A stretch of 64,000 bases of DNA, taken from assembly GCA_000182565.2 (NCBI GenBank), contig KQ257466.1; one strand, given 5' to 3'. Position 1 is the stretch's first letter, and each line of letters starts with the position of its first letter. The notes under the pieces are model-generated. The model worked only from the letters and a program-made list of their open reading frames with translations. It was not told where the DNA came from and made no database searches. The stretch is from Spizellomyces punctatus DAOM BR117 (lineage: Eukaryota). Positions 26,038 to 38,525 of this stretch are shown piece after piece. The position numbers were made by a program, and so were the translations under genes.

Positions 26038-27720
26038 ATGGTGCCCGTTGACCAAGACCTGGTATGGCGCTCTTCCGGGATTTTCGGAGCTTATTCAGAG
26101 CCGGACATCTAATGTATTTTTCCTGATACCAGTGGCTAAACTCGGAATGGTGTGATTGGAGGTGTAGGTAGAGTCTCTTTCCCGGTTATATCGAGTTGAA
26201 TTTTAACCCGGCAACGGATACAGGGCGCATCACTGGCTGTGAACACGCAGAAGTTTGGAAGGGGTTTTATATCGGTATGTCAACTTCTCACAACCTTGTC
26301 AATATTATAATCCTCTGACAAGACTTTGTCCTTTTTAGCCCATACAATCGCATGCTTCATCCTAGTTAGTGAGTGTTGCCCTTGCAGGCGGTGACCTCAA
26401 AGTTAGGAAACCCATTAATGTCATTTCCGTAGTTCTCGGCTCGTGGGTCATCTACAGAAGGGTGTACAGAGACCTCTGGCAAAAGAAGTTAAGGCTGTTT
26501 GAATTTAGCAATGGAATTGTGAAGCCCCGCGGTACCGAGGTCTTCTTGATTGCCTCGTGTGTGCATCTTTTTGGTATGCAGCTGATTACTGCGTCTTTCT
26601 GTACTCCTGCACGGTTATTCACAGCAGTATCTCAACAGGAAGAGGACTTTATACCGCAATCGTGCTCGGGGACGGATTCAAGAGTCAGGCCGCGGCTGAA
26701 TTCATGGTATGCGCATCACATGTGTTCAGCCTGGGAGATGGTTTAATTTACCTGCTATTGCAGCATGAATGGCCCTGGGAGACTTTGTACTTTGCTTGCG
26801 TCTCCTTCACAATTGGAATGTAAGTAGCTGCCGATCCATCATCATAAAAGAATTTCTTCAAACCTCTTACTTTCTTCACAGTATTCATGCTACGCCAAAG
26901 ACCTATATGAACGGCAAAGGAACTTTGGATGAACTTAGTACTCTCACAAAAGTTCGACTCCCCAGTCAACGCACGCTCAACTTTCTTTTCTACTTCTTCA
27001 ATGCTCTGCCCCCTTTGACACTTCCATGGTTCTCCATCATAGACGGATATGGCCGTGATACTGAAAACTACGTCTTGGCTAATGCATTCAATACCGCACA
27101 TTATGTTTGTTGGTCAGCCTATTGCTGGTCGTTGGCAGCCGTTGTGCTGTATTTTGGCCTTAAGATGGTCATGATCTTGAAAGCCAATGCGGTGACGGGA
27201 GTGAAATCTTCGGAAAACGGGGTGTCACAGACTACTCTTCTGAAAAGGGCTATGATTATTGTGAGTTTCTTGTTTGCTTTTGAAGGTAATGTTGCGCACG
27301 CGTTCTGTGAAACTGATTCCTGTTCTGCTTCAATATGCAGCTGATTGTTACCCTACTCGGAATAACTGTTATTCTGATAAGCTTCGCTATCGTTCTCATC
27401 GTTTACGCCATTTGGAGGAGATTGGTTCAAGGCATCTTTCCTCTCTCCGTCATTGTTGGATTTATTTGGATCTTTGTCACACCTTTTATGATAGCACCCA
27501 TATATGTCGCCGTAGGCCTGGGGTGAGTTGGATATTATTCGCTATTTATTATCTGGATGGCTCACATGTCGTGTTTTGCAGAATCATTCATAGAAAGCCC
27601 GCTCCCGCAAGCAGCAGCAACAAATCCGGTAGTAAGGGCTCACAGTCTCAAAGTGAAAACTCGACTACAAGGAAATCAAAGCAGTCCCTGGCGAAGAGTG
27701 GTAATGCCCTTAATGCTTAG
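26038..27720 (+). CDS. Polytopic (about 7TM) membrane protein of unknown function
   Basis: Many short exons encoding hydrophobic helices; N-terminal WCDWR..ITGC motif; Ser/Lys-rich cytoplasmic tail ending at TAG 27718-27720. Exon boundaries are approximate. Confidence 0.6.
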
Positions 27721-27740
27721 GCAGATATGATGTGACGAGC

Positions 27741-27922
27741 AACTAGTTGTTTGTTGAGATGAATCATTGGAGATATGTTATCTCCGTCGTCTATTCAATG
27801 TAGTCATCAGAGATAGCCATTCTTTACCAACTAGTTGACTGATGGGATGAATGCATTTTTCTCATTGGAGATATGTCTCCGTCATTGATTCAATATAGTC
27901 GTCAGTAATAGTCATCTTTAAC
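27741..27922. repeat. Degenerate tandem duplication, two copies of about 90 bp
   Basis: Copies start at 27741 and 27829, each reading aactagttg..gatgaat..cattggagatatg(tta)tctccgtc..attcaat.tagtc.tcag..atag.cat(t)cttta. Confidence 0.8.
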
Positions 27923-28402
27923 ACCGGATTAACCAGGAGGGAGTCCGAAGACACTTCTCAGGGCCCGAGACGCATATCTGCTTTCAACTTTATTTCATTA
28001 CGCTTAAGCTAATTCCTTAAACCCGTGGGAATTGGTGATGTGTGAAGGGCAACCCGACTTTATGGATCTTACAGAATTATTGAAAAAAATTCCTTCATCT
28101 AACCCCATCACAAACCATATCCTCTGCATCAGGAAGGGAGCAAATACTGTGACCTTTTCAAACAGTCGGCAGTGTTGGCAACCGGCGAAAGCATGCAGAA
28201 GAATCCGATTTATGCATGAGCGGTGTGACTCACAGGATGATGCACTCACGTGATCTGAAGCTAGTCACTTCGCGTAAAAAAAGGCTGGGTGCAAAAGCCT
28301 GCTTTGGCGAGTAAGTGGTTGAGATAGTAGCAGACTCATCAGCTTTTAGGCCTTTACAATAGAACACTTGTCGCAGCAAAACCAAAAAGCACGATCTTGC
28401 AC

Positions 28403-31117
28403 ATGGACGATCCCGGCTTGGCAGCTAACAAAGAGCAAGTGTGGCAGAATGTCTCAAATGCCGTCTCCCGTGACTGGGGTCTCTACGAAACTGTCTCTGT
28501 GAACCTTGATAAAAACTTGTTGGAGTATATAGTGAACGAGCGGTGGCCTACAATTCAGGGAGCTGAGCATAGTGCTTTGCGTGCAGGCCTGGTGCTGGCG
28601 GTTCTCATACCATCGCGGAAAAAGTTGATGTTGGATGCCAAACCTGCTGCTGAGAAGGTGAGTGGATGATTTACCTGGGCTATTGTGCGCAGGTCCTAGC
28701 GTTGTGGGTTCGGCGATCAGAACTCAGACTGTCGACTGGTCTGTCAGTCGACCCCACGTCTCCCGCTGTCTCCGTTGCCTGCCGCCATCCCAGCTGGTTA
28801 CCGCCGCAAGCTTTTTCAAGGGGCATGGGGGTGTTGTGGAAGGTTGACACATAGGGACTGTGTTCATCGGACTATAGACATCTATATACATGTAGAACGT
28901 AAGGCGGGTTTTTTATGTGGGGGAAGGATGTTCACACGCATGTTGAGGAGAGAGAACCGATTCAGTGGACCAAAAGTCCCAGCTTCAAAAGCATTAGAGA
29001 CAAACTGCCAAAGTGATGGACAGGTGCTTGCTTGCTCAGTTGATGATTGGTGTCAATATCGTATCTTTTAAGAACACTATTGCCCACTCTCAACATCATG
29101 GCGGCGCTGTTCGCAATTCTGGCCATGTCTGCAAATGCTTTCCCCACCCCACCTAGTTCTTGCATAAATGTCTCCTGCATTTGCCACAGCGTCCGCTATG
29201 TAGCCTGTATCTGTATGTCTGTATGTCCTATATGGTGCGAGTATCTGACCTCGGCATTTCGCCATTCCGCCATTCCATTTTCACATGCAGTTGGTCGCCT
29301 TAGCCCAACAAGACGAGGACGAATATGTCCGCGCCCTGGGAACGCTGGGCGGAAATCGAGTCAACGGAGGAAAGTTTGACGTTGAAATTGACAGGATGGG
29401 GCCTACATTCGTCGATGCACACAAGAAGCTGAAAGAGTCATGTAAGTGTAGCGACCCATCGATTTAGCGTTGTCAGCAGATGGAACTAATATTTATGTCC
29501 TCTTGCCATTGATATCAAGTGAGCTCCCTCGACTTCAAGTTTTATCCCCGTGAATTCTCGTATCTGAATGACCGAGTCATTCAGTCCATCAAAAGAAGCG
29601 GTTCGGACCACGTCGAGAAACCTGGCCTTAACATTAAGGCCGGGCACGGTGTGCCTTCCTTGTTGGAACGCCTGAAGAGCTATGGATTCAAAAGAGAACC
29701 AGGTATCACAATGTGGTTCTATCTCGCAGAGTTCCGCGGACGTTCAAAGCAATGCGATATCTCACACATCGTTGAATCTGTATAGTGCCCTCACCAGTGA
29801 GCCCCGCAACCCCAATGGAGATTCCGAAAGTCTCTTCACCCACTACCATCTCTCCAACCACTGCAACACCGAGTACACCAGCATGGATGCTTAGAAAAGG
29901 CGCTGGTGGTTTGAAAAACTCTGCATATGGCACAAGACGTGAGTATACCATATGGTCATGCGCTGCCAACGGCCTTTCTGAAATCTCTTATAGGCACAAG
30001 TGCCGGAACCAGCGGTCTCCGCAAAGGCTTCGAACGTGAACGCAAAGTTGCCATCCTTGGTTTGGACGAAATGCGAAGGGTAGAAGACGCAAGAAAAGCG
30101 GAGAAGGACGGTGAGAAAATCTGTTCTCGATGATGTCCGACCTGGTGGATTTATCTCCCATTGTCGTCTACAGAAAAGAAGGCAGAAAAGGAACGCAAAC
30201 AACAGGAAAAACAACGGGAAAAACTGGAACGTGAGCGACGAAAAGAGGAAGAGATCCAGAAAAAGATCGAAGAGGAGGAAGAAAAGTTGGCTGAAGAGAG
30301 GAAATTAGCTGTCGAAGAGGAGCAGCGGGCATTGGAAGATAAGGAATCAGCAGTCGAAGAAGCAAAGCAGGCTGCTTTGAATGGGCAGTCGGACACAAAT
30401 CCCATTGACGACATGAATACTATGAATGCCCACGAGTCAGTCGAGGAGCGGCATACAGGGCGTACGTAGCTAGTTTCATTGTAGTGGATATATGGTCACA
30501 TTTAACATACTCTCGCTCTCGTGCAGGCTTGAAGAGACGCCTCAGTCTAAGTGATTCTGAAGGTAACATACCATCTGCTGAACGTTTTTTCTGCCTTGGT
30601 CTACCTGATACTAACATCAGCACACAGATCCCGACAAGCGACACAAAACGACAGCTAGACGGACCACACTGACACCTCCTCCAATTTTATTCGATCCATA
30701 CCTTACTTCCTCTCGAGTCCAGTCTCCTGAAACTGTTTTAGGTCCAGTGAAATCAGAATCCCCGGATCGTGCTGATACTGAAGAGTCAGCGCAGACGCCA
30801 GAGCGACAATCTGCGGAACAGACGGCGGCAGTCATATTAGGTGATGCTGATGTGAGCGTGGAACACCGGGAGAAGCTGGTGGCCTTCTTACTGGGACAGT
30901 ACGGTAAGCGCGATATTCCTCTCTTCGTATGTTGCATTGAGATGGCCTGAATCATCCACCAACAGAACCCCATGCTGAGATATATCGCATTTCACTGGGT
31001 GTGGCAAATATACCGGGCAAAAGCGGTCGTCTGGTACCAAAGGAGGTCATAATCGAATTGGATTATGCTGCCGCGAAATGGTCAAAACGGGCAAAACCGA
31101 TCAAGTCAGCAAAGTAG
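28403..31117 (+). CDS. NELFA: Negative elongation factor subunit A (NELF-A) homologue
   Basis: Nine exons reconstructed, first intron 28658-29290. Matches to metazoan NELF-A: LVALAQQDEDEYVRALG ~ IIQLASLDSDPWVLMVA; GKFDVEIDRMGPTFVDAHKKLKE ~ GSLNLELEEQNPNVQDILGELRE; FYPREFSYLN ~ MLPLECQYLN; RERKVAILGLDE ~ KERGVKLLDISE; C-terminal DVSVEHREKLVAFLLG..IIELDYAAAKWSK ~ KVTRPEKALILGFMAG..VFEMNYATGQWTR. Confidence 0.8.
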
Positions 31118-31395
31118 TGAATTGTGGCCGTTGTGATTGCAAAAGTGCGTTTATCAACGTATGATACCCCATTCTGTGTAGCTATAGCTTTGGTCGCAAT
31201 TTTGACAATAGCCATTGATGTGAAGCATAAACAGCAGCGCTCACTGTGACTTTGTAGACGTGATTCATGGCTTGAATTTAAGAGTATATCCTACTCGGGA
31301 CACTCCATATGTATGATCGTTGCAGCATTTTAGCATATACAGTTTCATGGCAGTCAGAAAAAATGTTATCTTTGTGCACATCTGACCAATACTGC

Positions 31396-34300
31396 TCATG
31401 TCAATGTGTCAATCTCAGAGCGAATTTCCTGCATCACATCAATACAATCCAGCTCAAAGAATGTTCCTCTGCGCTTTAGCTCCTCCACCAACCCCGTCAG
31501 GAGCTCAAATCCTTCCGCAGTTGACTTGTCCCCAAGCGCGCTCAAACACCCCAAGAGCGGCTCACTAAGAAAGATGACACATTTGCTTCGTGCTCTGCTG
31601 AGGGCCACATTGAGGAGGTTGCGGGAGAAGAGAAATGTGGTTTCCGATGATGGATGTGAAGACGCGTAGAGGATTAGAGTGACATCTGATTCCATCCCTT
31701 GCGATTTGTGTATTGTAAATATTTGAGGTGTGGGCGTTTCTGGAAGGAGTTGTTGCAACGGCAGTCGCTTTTTGTGGTGTGTTATTAGGTGAAGGATGGA
31801 CATTGGTCGGGAATGAGGAAGTCGACGAAGAAGGTTGGTTACATTCGCTGCTAATGCAGCTTCAGCCGATTCAATTAACGAACTCTTCCGAGTCCTGTCT
31901 CTGCAGATTGTAAAGTACGTGAGCAGTATACTACTAAATTGGCCAAGGAGATCTTCTCTCACCTCAAGATCACCATAACCATTGGTTTCCGTCTATCCAC
32001 GATGGTCGCGAAGACTGGTACTAGACTTTTGGCAGTTCGGATGTGTTCTTGGAATTCGGGCCGGGAGATGGGATTTCGTCCAATTATTTGCCCGATATTC
32101 TGCCGGGCAATTTCAGATGTGGCTGGTGCATAACTGGAGTACCCGACGAATCTACGAAGAATGCTCGCAGAGACCTGAATTGAAGAATAGCGTAAACATG
32201 GTACAGATAGTGAGAGTAGGTGGTTGTTTGTTACCTTATTCAATCTCCAGGTATCAACCAAACTAACCGGTACAACCCCTTCCCCGCCACGTCTAACGAT
32301 CCAGTTGAACAGGCTTTCACCCAACCAACCTTCGTCTCGTTTCGCCCCGAGTCGTCCTTTTGCCAGCGTACCAATCTGCAAATGATCCCCCACCATTAAA
32401 ACGGACCCGTTACGAGGGCACCACGGCAAAAGCTGCAATGCTACGCTCGTCTCAAGAATGGGTAAAAGAGATGCCTCTTCAATGCAAAGCATTACATCCG
32501 CTTCTGACATGTATGGGAGGACATGTGCAACCTTTTGCAATGCCCAGACGGTGCCTGCAATGACGACGTGGCGTTTGGCTTTCAGCATATTTTGCAAGGG
32601 TGTGTGTGAACATTTTCGGCTGCACTGACAGCGTTTTGAAGTTGTTGTGTAGTATATTATTTTGCCTTCAAAAAGACGAGGCGTGGATTCGGAAGTTGTC
32701 AGCCGAATGATGCGAGCTCCAATATCGGGACTGTTTGTGTGCTGAAGCATTTTTTGGATGACAGTGTCAATTGCGCTATGAGTTTGAGCGGCAAGTAGAA
32801 TAATCTGGGATCTGGTCGGGCGATGGACGATAGCTTGATGTATTCTTGAGAGGATGAGAGCACCAAGGAAGAAGCTTTTACCTACGAGATAGAAATCAGG
32901 CACAATTTGTGTGGGTGGAAAGTCTAGCTCAGATCTTACCTGTTCCAGGAGGTCCAATGAGAAGCTGCACCGGACGACTCTGGATTGCTTTTATGATAAC
33001 TTTGTGCTGTCGAGTCAAAGTAATTTTCTTCCCGGCATCCACAGCCAAACAGCCATCCTCATCTATGGGCCACCAACCATTCATTGGAATACCATTCGGT
33101 TTTGACGAGGGCAAAACGTCACCATTCACAAGTCGCATGACAACTGGGAGAGTTTGCTCATCATCGCTTCGTCCAATGTTTTGTGTTACAACATCGGCAT
33201 CCAAAGCCTGAAGATGATTGAGGGCTGGCTTGAGAGTTTGATTGGTATAGCGTCGGAAAAGCAGATACTGAGTGGAGACTGAAAGATTTGTTTGCGCATC
33301 AAAATTGAGAATGACATGTTCACTTGTTACATTGTCTTCGAAGTGAATGGTTGCAACGCAAAGATATGATGCATGGCCACGATCTGCTGCCCGCTTTGCC
33401 TGATACCGGTTGAATGCATCACACCTAAACATTGAGGAATATGAGAGATCCCGATGTAGAAGCAGTTCGGTTCGAAGTTGCTGATCATCCTCGGGTATCA
33501 CAAAATACTGGGTAAAGGCTGCTGGCTCGGTGCTGATTTGGTCGTCTATCGCTTCGGACATTATCTGGCATTGCCACGATTTGCCATTGTCTAGTGCTTT
33601 AATGGGCAAGACTACCATGGGACTGACAGCAAGCAGCCGCTCTTGTGAAAGCTCCTGCATATCTCGAGTAGCGTCCATGAGCCGCGAATACGCTAGCTGA
33701 GATAGCAAAGGTGTGCGAATCTGTAGTGGGGGTACGAAAGTGAAGGGCTTTTCTTGAATGGGTAGGAGGAGAGGCGTTGTAACCTTGTACATGTTCTGAA
33801 TGACGGCGAAGGTGCTGTTGATATAAGTGAATAGTTCGCTGTCCACTCTTCGTTCCATCTCCTCGATGTTACCATTTTGGCTTATTCGGAGATTATGGAT
33901 GTCAACGGCCAGCGTTCCTCGCGGGTCCTCGCGGACAAAGGCGGAGACATCAACAATGTCAGCCCCAGTCATAATATGATGCAACTGCGATATCGTAGAA
34001 ACGGGAAAAGGCAGCGCAAACATTGTGCGAGCCTCTTCCACAGCACACAGAGCACCTGTATGTACTCTTGTTGGATCGGCATGGCCTTCCTTCATGGCGG
34101 CCCCTATAGCTTCATCCACCACAATTGTTCTCAGCATGGTCTCCGCTGCTATTTTTACTTGACTATTAGTACCACCTTTGGCAAGTACGTCCACTAACAT
34201 CACGCCGAAGTTTCCCAGTTCCTCGGCTTCGCCTACCCAAACAGTGAGACTTTTTCCAGCGGTTTCTGCTGCTGACATGATACTGTGCAGTACGTTTATA

Positions 34301-37300
34301 TAGGCTTCAACCGTTGTGGGCGTTCCCACAGGGTAGACTTTCCAAGAACTTAGCGACGTCCCCGCAAAAATTCCATATCCGAGGAGGAGAGGGGTGTGGT
34401 CAATGGGGTCTTGGGAAATGCTGATAATCAGGGTTTGGTCTGAGCGGCAAGGAATCCGGAGGGAAGGTCGATTGAGATGAATGAGACGACTGGATTTAAC
34501 CGACAAAGCCTGTGGAACGTAAGGAACAAGTGTATTCCAAATTGAAGACAAAGAATCCTCACCCGTAATGCAGGTTTGTCAATTACTCGGCTGGCTTTTT
34601 CGTTTGGACTTCCCAAATCTTCAATATCTCGAATTCCTAATTCCCCACACAGGTCTTTTACCCGTCTATTCACCCCAGGGACAATCATCAAATCCATCTT
34701 CTCTTTTGCTTCGTTATAGCATTCATTCAAGTACTTGCAATCAGCACAATCCGGTGTGAGGTGGAAATCGGCTTCACCTTCAGGTGAAAGAATACTGGGA
34801 AGCTCATTGGTAAAAAAAGAGCGGATGCCCAAAGTGATATTTGGAATAGAAAAGGGAATCCGTTCACCGGGTTCCAATGGATAGTTGACTCCACTAGGTT
34901 GTCGGTCAGAACCTGGGAGCCATATTTGCCCAACTTGATCGATTACTATCTGGTGATTCTTTGCAAGCTGCAACATCGATTGTAGTATCATGCTATAAAG
35001 CGAGACTTGTATTTTCTGCGAAGGAAAAGTGCGAGGTGAATCCGTTGTCGATAATCCAACAAAATTGCTTCCTACCTGGTATGCTTTGATCCCAGTACTG
35101 AACTTTGCATCGATTATCTGAAGCACAGTAGTACCATTTTCAGCCCTTGTCAAGTGGAGAAAGTCTGGCTTAATGGTCTTGATACGTGGCTGCAAGCGGG
35201 CTCCCGATCTTGCCAAGCCAATCATGGCATTCACCTCGACCGGCACTTGAATGTTCGGCTCGTAAATATAGTGGCCGCTAGGGACACGTTCTATCAGAGC
35301 AATAAGTTGCTCTGCTGAGCCGACCTTTTCGCGAGATGAGCACATATAGCCGCTCTTCTCGATCCACTCCGTTATTCGCCGCTCCCAGTCATCTCCGCTG
35401 CGCTTTAAGAGTGAAGAAATCGGAGTATCGTTTCCATTCTGGAATGCGACCAATGGCGTTGCAAGGCGATGAAGGAGTCGAGGACAGCGCGTAATAAAGT
35501 AGCTCGCAATCTTTGTTGCACTCAAAGAGTGAGTTTCTGGGAGAAGCGGCCCGAATGTACCGGTGACATCATGCAAACTTAGGCTCGTCAAAGGTAGGCT
35601 GGAGGGTGTTGGCTGACCAGGTAAATTTGACGGAGTGGGCGAATACGACAATGAGCACCCTGTCATATTTTCTTGCGACAGCGCACCAATAGTGGTTCGT
35701 TCGGAATCTTGGGTAGGACAGCTCATGGGAGTGGCGATATGAAGCTTTTGCGAGACGGCGGCACCATCCTCTTCTTCATGATCACTCAATTCCAAATCCT
35801 CCGTAACCTCAGCAAAGATACACCTTGGTTGGCTCCAAGACACGCTCCTCGATTCCATAAACTCCTCCATCAATGTACGCCATGTCATTGTGGTCGGTGC
35901 ACCAAAGAACACGATATGGAGTGTGTACTTGGCTCTAGTCAGCGCTACATACACCCTTCTTCTCTCCTCCTCGCCTGACACCCCAATTTTACCGTTCTTA
36001 AGCTTTAAGAGAACAAACACATGGCCACGCTCTAAACCCTTGGCACCATGGATGGTTGAAATGAGGGTTTCTGCGAGAACATTGGTTGTCTCCGCTGTGC
36101 AAAAATCTGTGAAACGAGAGCACTCATCGTTACGGTAAGCGAGGATGGCGATGTCCGATGATGGAACGTTTTCCATTGCTACTAGTTTAGAAGCGGTTTT
36201 GTATGTGTGCCGGCACGCTTCGTCGAGCTAAAATTCATAATTATAAACAAATGGTTGATAAGTGATCTTTAACTTGAACCACCCATTGTACCGCTTACTG
36301 TAGTTTCGTAACAGACTCCAATGTCGCTACAGTTCATCTCTCTGCTGCCAGCAGGGACGCAAGATCTGAAGGCCCCTTTGTTTTCCTTTTGCCGTCGGGA
36401 CGCCAACGCAATTACCGAAGAATTGAAATCAATGATGCTCTGAATTGTACGATAGTTCGACAAGAGGGTGACTTCATTGAGATGATGACGGTCAAATCGT
36501 TTCTTGAATCTCTCCATAACCTCTGGAGCTGCACCACGAAAATGATAAATCGTCTGATCATCGTCTCCGACGACTGTGATTCGGTAAGGCCTGGGCGATT
36601 TTTCGATACCTGGGGAGCGGCTTCCGGATATCATATGTTTAATAAACATCTGGCGTCCAATCATACCGATGTTAGTTTCCAGACCATTTGTCGAGTACCA
36701 AACAAATTACCTCTTGCCATCTATCAACATCCTGAAATTCATCCACGAGAAGGTAATACTGGTCTCGGAAGTGTTCCGCCAGCTGCGGAGTCGAGCTAAG
36801 ATGCTTCACCACCCGTATCAATCTCGCTCGATGTGTACATATTCCCTCCCTCCATAGTTCATGTTCAATCTCCGTGATTCTCTCGGCATACGGCCGCAAC
36901 GCATCACATAGATGAGCAGTGCGATAAAGCGAGCTCAGTGCGTTCTCCAAAGACGTCCTGGACGCCTCGATATCGGGATTTGATTCATAGAGTCGGTCCA
37001 ATAGCTTTTTAATATATTCCTCGTCTGGAATGACAGTGTTTGGAGGATCTTCGATGAACTGGCGGCAATAAAATGAGGCGAGAGAATCGATGGTGCGAAC
37101 AAACGGCAAATTAATAGGTCTGTGATACCCCGCCAGTGAACTTATACGAGTCTTCAAGGTTTCCGCTGCATTTTTTGTAAAGGTGATGACAATCAGTCTG
37201 TGGGGAGAGATCTGTTGGGACAAGAGGAACAGGATCCTGCCAACTAAAGTAGCGGTTTTCCCTGTGCCTGGACTGCCAAGTTATGAGAAACATCTTCAAT

Positions 37301-38277
37301 TCAAAGATGTCCCTGAATGCGACGTACCCAGCGTTAACCAGTAGTGGGCGTTCCTTATCCGCCAGTACGGCACTCAACTGCTCAGGATTGAAATCATGGG
37401 CATCAACTGCATTCCTGAAGCTTTCAGCATGAAACTCCCGTAGTTGAGGATGGTTCTCAAACAGTGCCAATAGAAGGCAGTAAAATGGCGTGGTGGAGCA
37501 CAGCTCACATACGCGTTGGCTTAACTTTGTCGCTGCCTCATCCAGCATCTGTTTCGTTTCCTCTCGTCCGTAATCATGCAACACATTCTCAACCACTTTC
37601 CGACAATCAGAGAATCCTGTCACATTGGATAACTGTCCTCTAGCCAACGGGTCTTGCAAGGGCGGACGTGAGTTTTCTTCGGCACTTCTAAGCCAATGCT
37701 GTAGCCCTTGTAAAAGGTGTAGCACAGGAGGCCGATTACCATCAGACGGACCCTGAAATGGTACAGTACTTGTATTTTGGATTGTCCGAGAATCCCGCGC
37801 CCACCTGTCCATTGGTTGCTTGCCCTTGGTCCTTCCAATTCCTCCATTGAAATGGCTTACTTGTGGTGAAGGCACCTTGAATGGTAATGTTATTTTATCC
37901 GCAGGTTTCGGACGCTCATGCTCGTCAGCAGATGTGGATGAAGTGGTCCCAATCGTAGGTCCAGACACCACTGGTCCTTCCAGGTTCCCCTTTCCGCTCT
38001 CATCAGGTCCTAATCCATCAAGGAATTTGTTCGTCCGCTGTAGCTTGTCTGGAGACAGTCGTAAGATCCGCTCAACCAGATTGCTGGCTGCCCGGATGTG
38101 TTCTGCAGGGAGGCTCTGGAAGACATCCGCCAGATTTGTTGCAGCGAGGACTTGGGAAGAGGAATCGGCATCATCAGAGCCTTTGACTGTGTATGGCTGT
38201 TGCGGATGATTGATATCGCCTGTTCTGTGGCGTTTTCGTAAATCTTGTTCGTCAAGTAAACCCCGTTGCCGTCTCAT
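31396..38277 (-). CDS. Fusion protein: UvrD/PcrA SF1A helicase, Cas4/TM0106-like PD-(D/E)XK nuclease, degenerate RNase H-like region, and Upf1/Dna2-type SF1B helicase
   Basis: SF1A: AGPGTGKT (spliced), ITFTKNAA, LVDEFQD, VGDDDQTIYHFRGA, SNYRT, STIHGAKGLE, EERRRVYVALTRAK. Nuclease: KPDFL, IIDAK, QVSLY, CADCKYLNEC. SF1B: GPPGTGKS (spliced), AQTHSAID, EEAS, GDHLQ, TIHKSQGME, LLNVALSRAR. The UvrD C-terminus and the nuclease lie in one uninterrupted ORF (34428-36176). Confidence 0.88.
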
Positions 38278-38525
38278 CCTCTACAATCCCAGCGCGCTGA
38301 TCCAACTCACATTTATCGGAATTTAAACGTGATTGTACTGGGTCCTGGTCAATACGTCGGTCGCTTTTGAACGTTGGCAAGGCGAATACACACATGTTTC
38401 GTGCAGATTTCCTTACGCCCACTTCCCTCCTCTGCGTGCAAACTATGAAGATACTAAAGTGCCCTGAACACAAGTTTCTTGATGTCAAACATATTTGATA
38501 GTATATATATTTCCATACACTCATT

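Noticed and set aside
28403-28669. DWGLYETV resemblance to a bacterial nucleotidyltransferase fragment or pseudogene
   Set aside because: The segment is better explained as exon 1 of the NELF-A homologue.
28664-28730. U1 snRNA-like words (TTTACCTGG, GATCAGAA)
   Set aside because: Lacks the U1A loop ATTGCAC and a properly placed Sm site.
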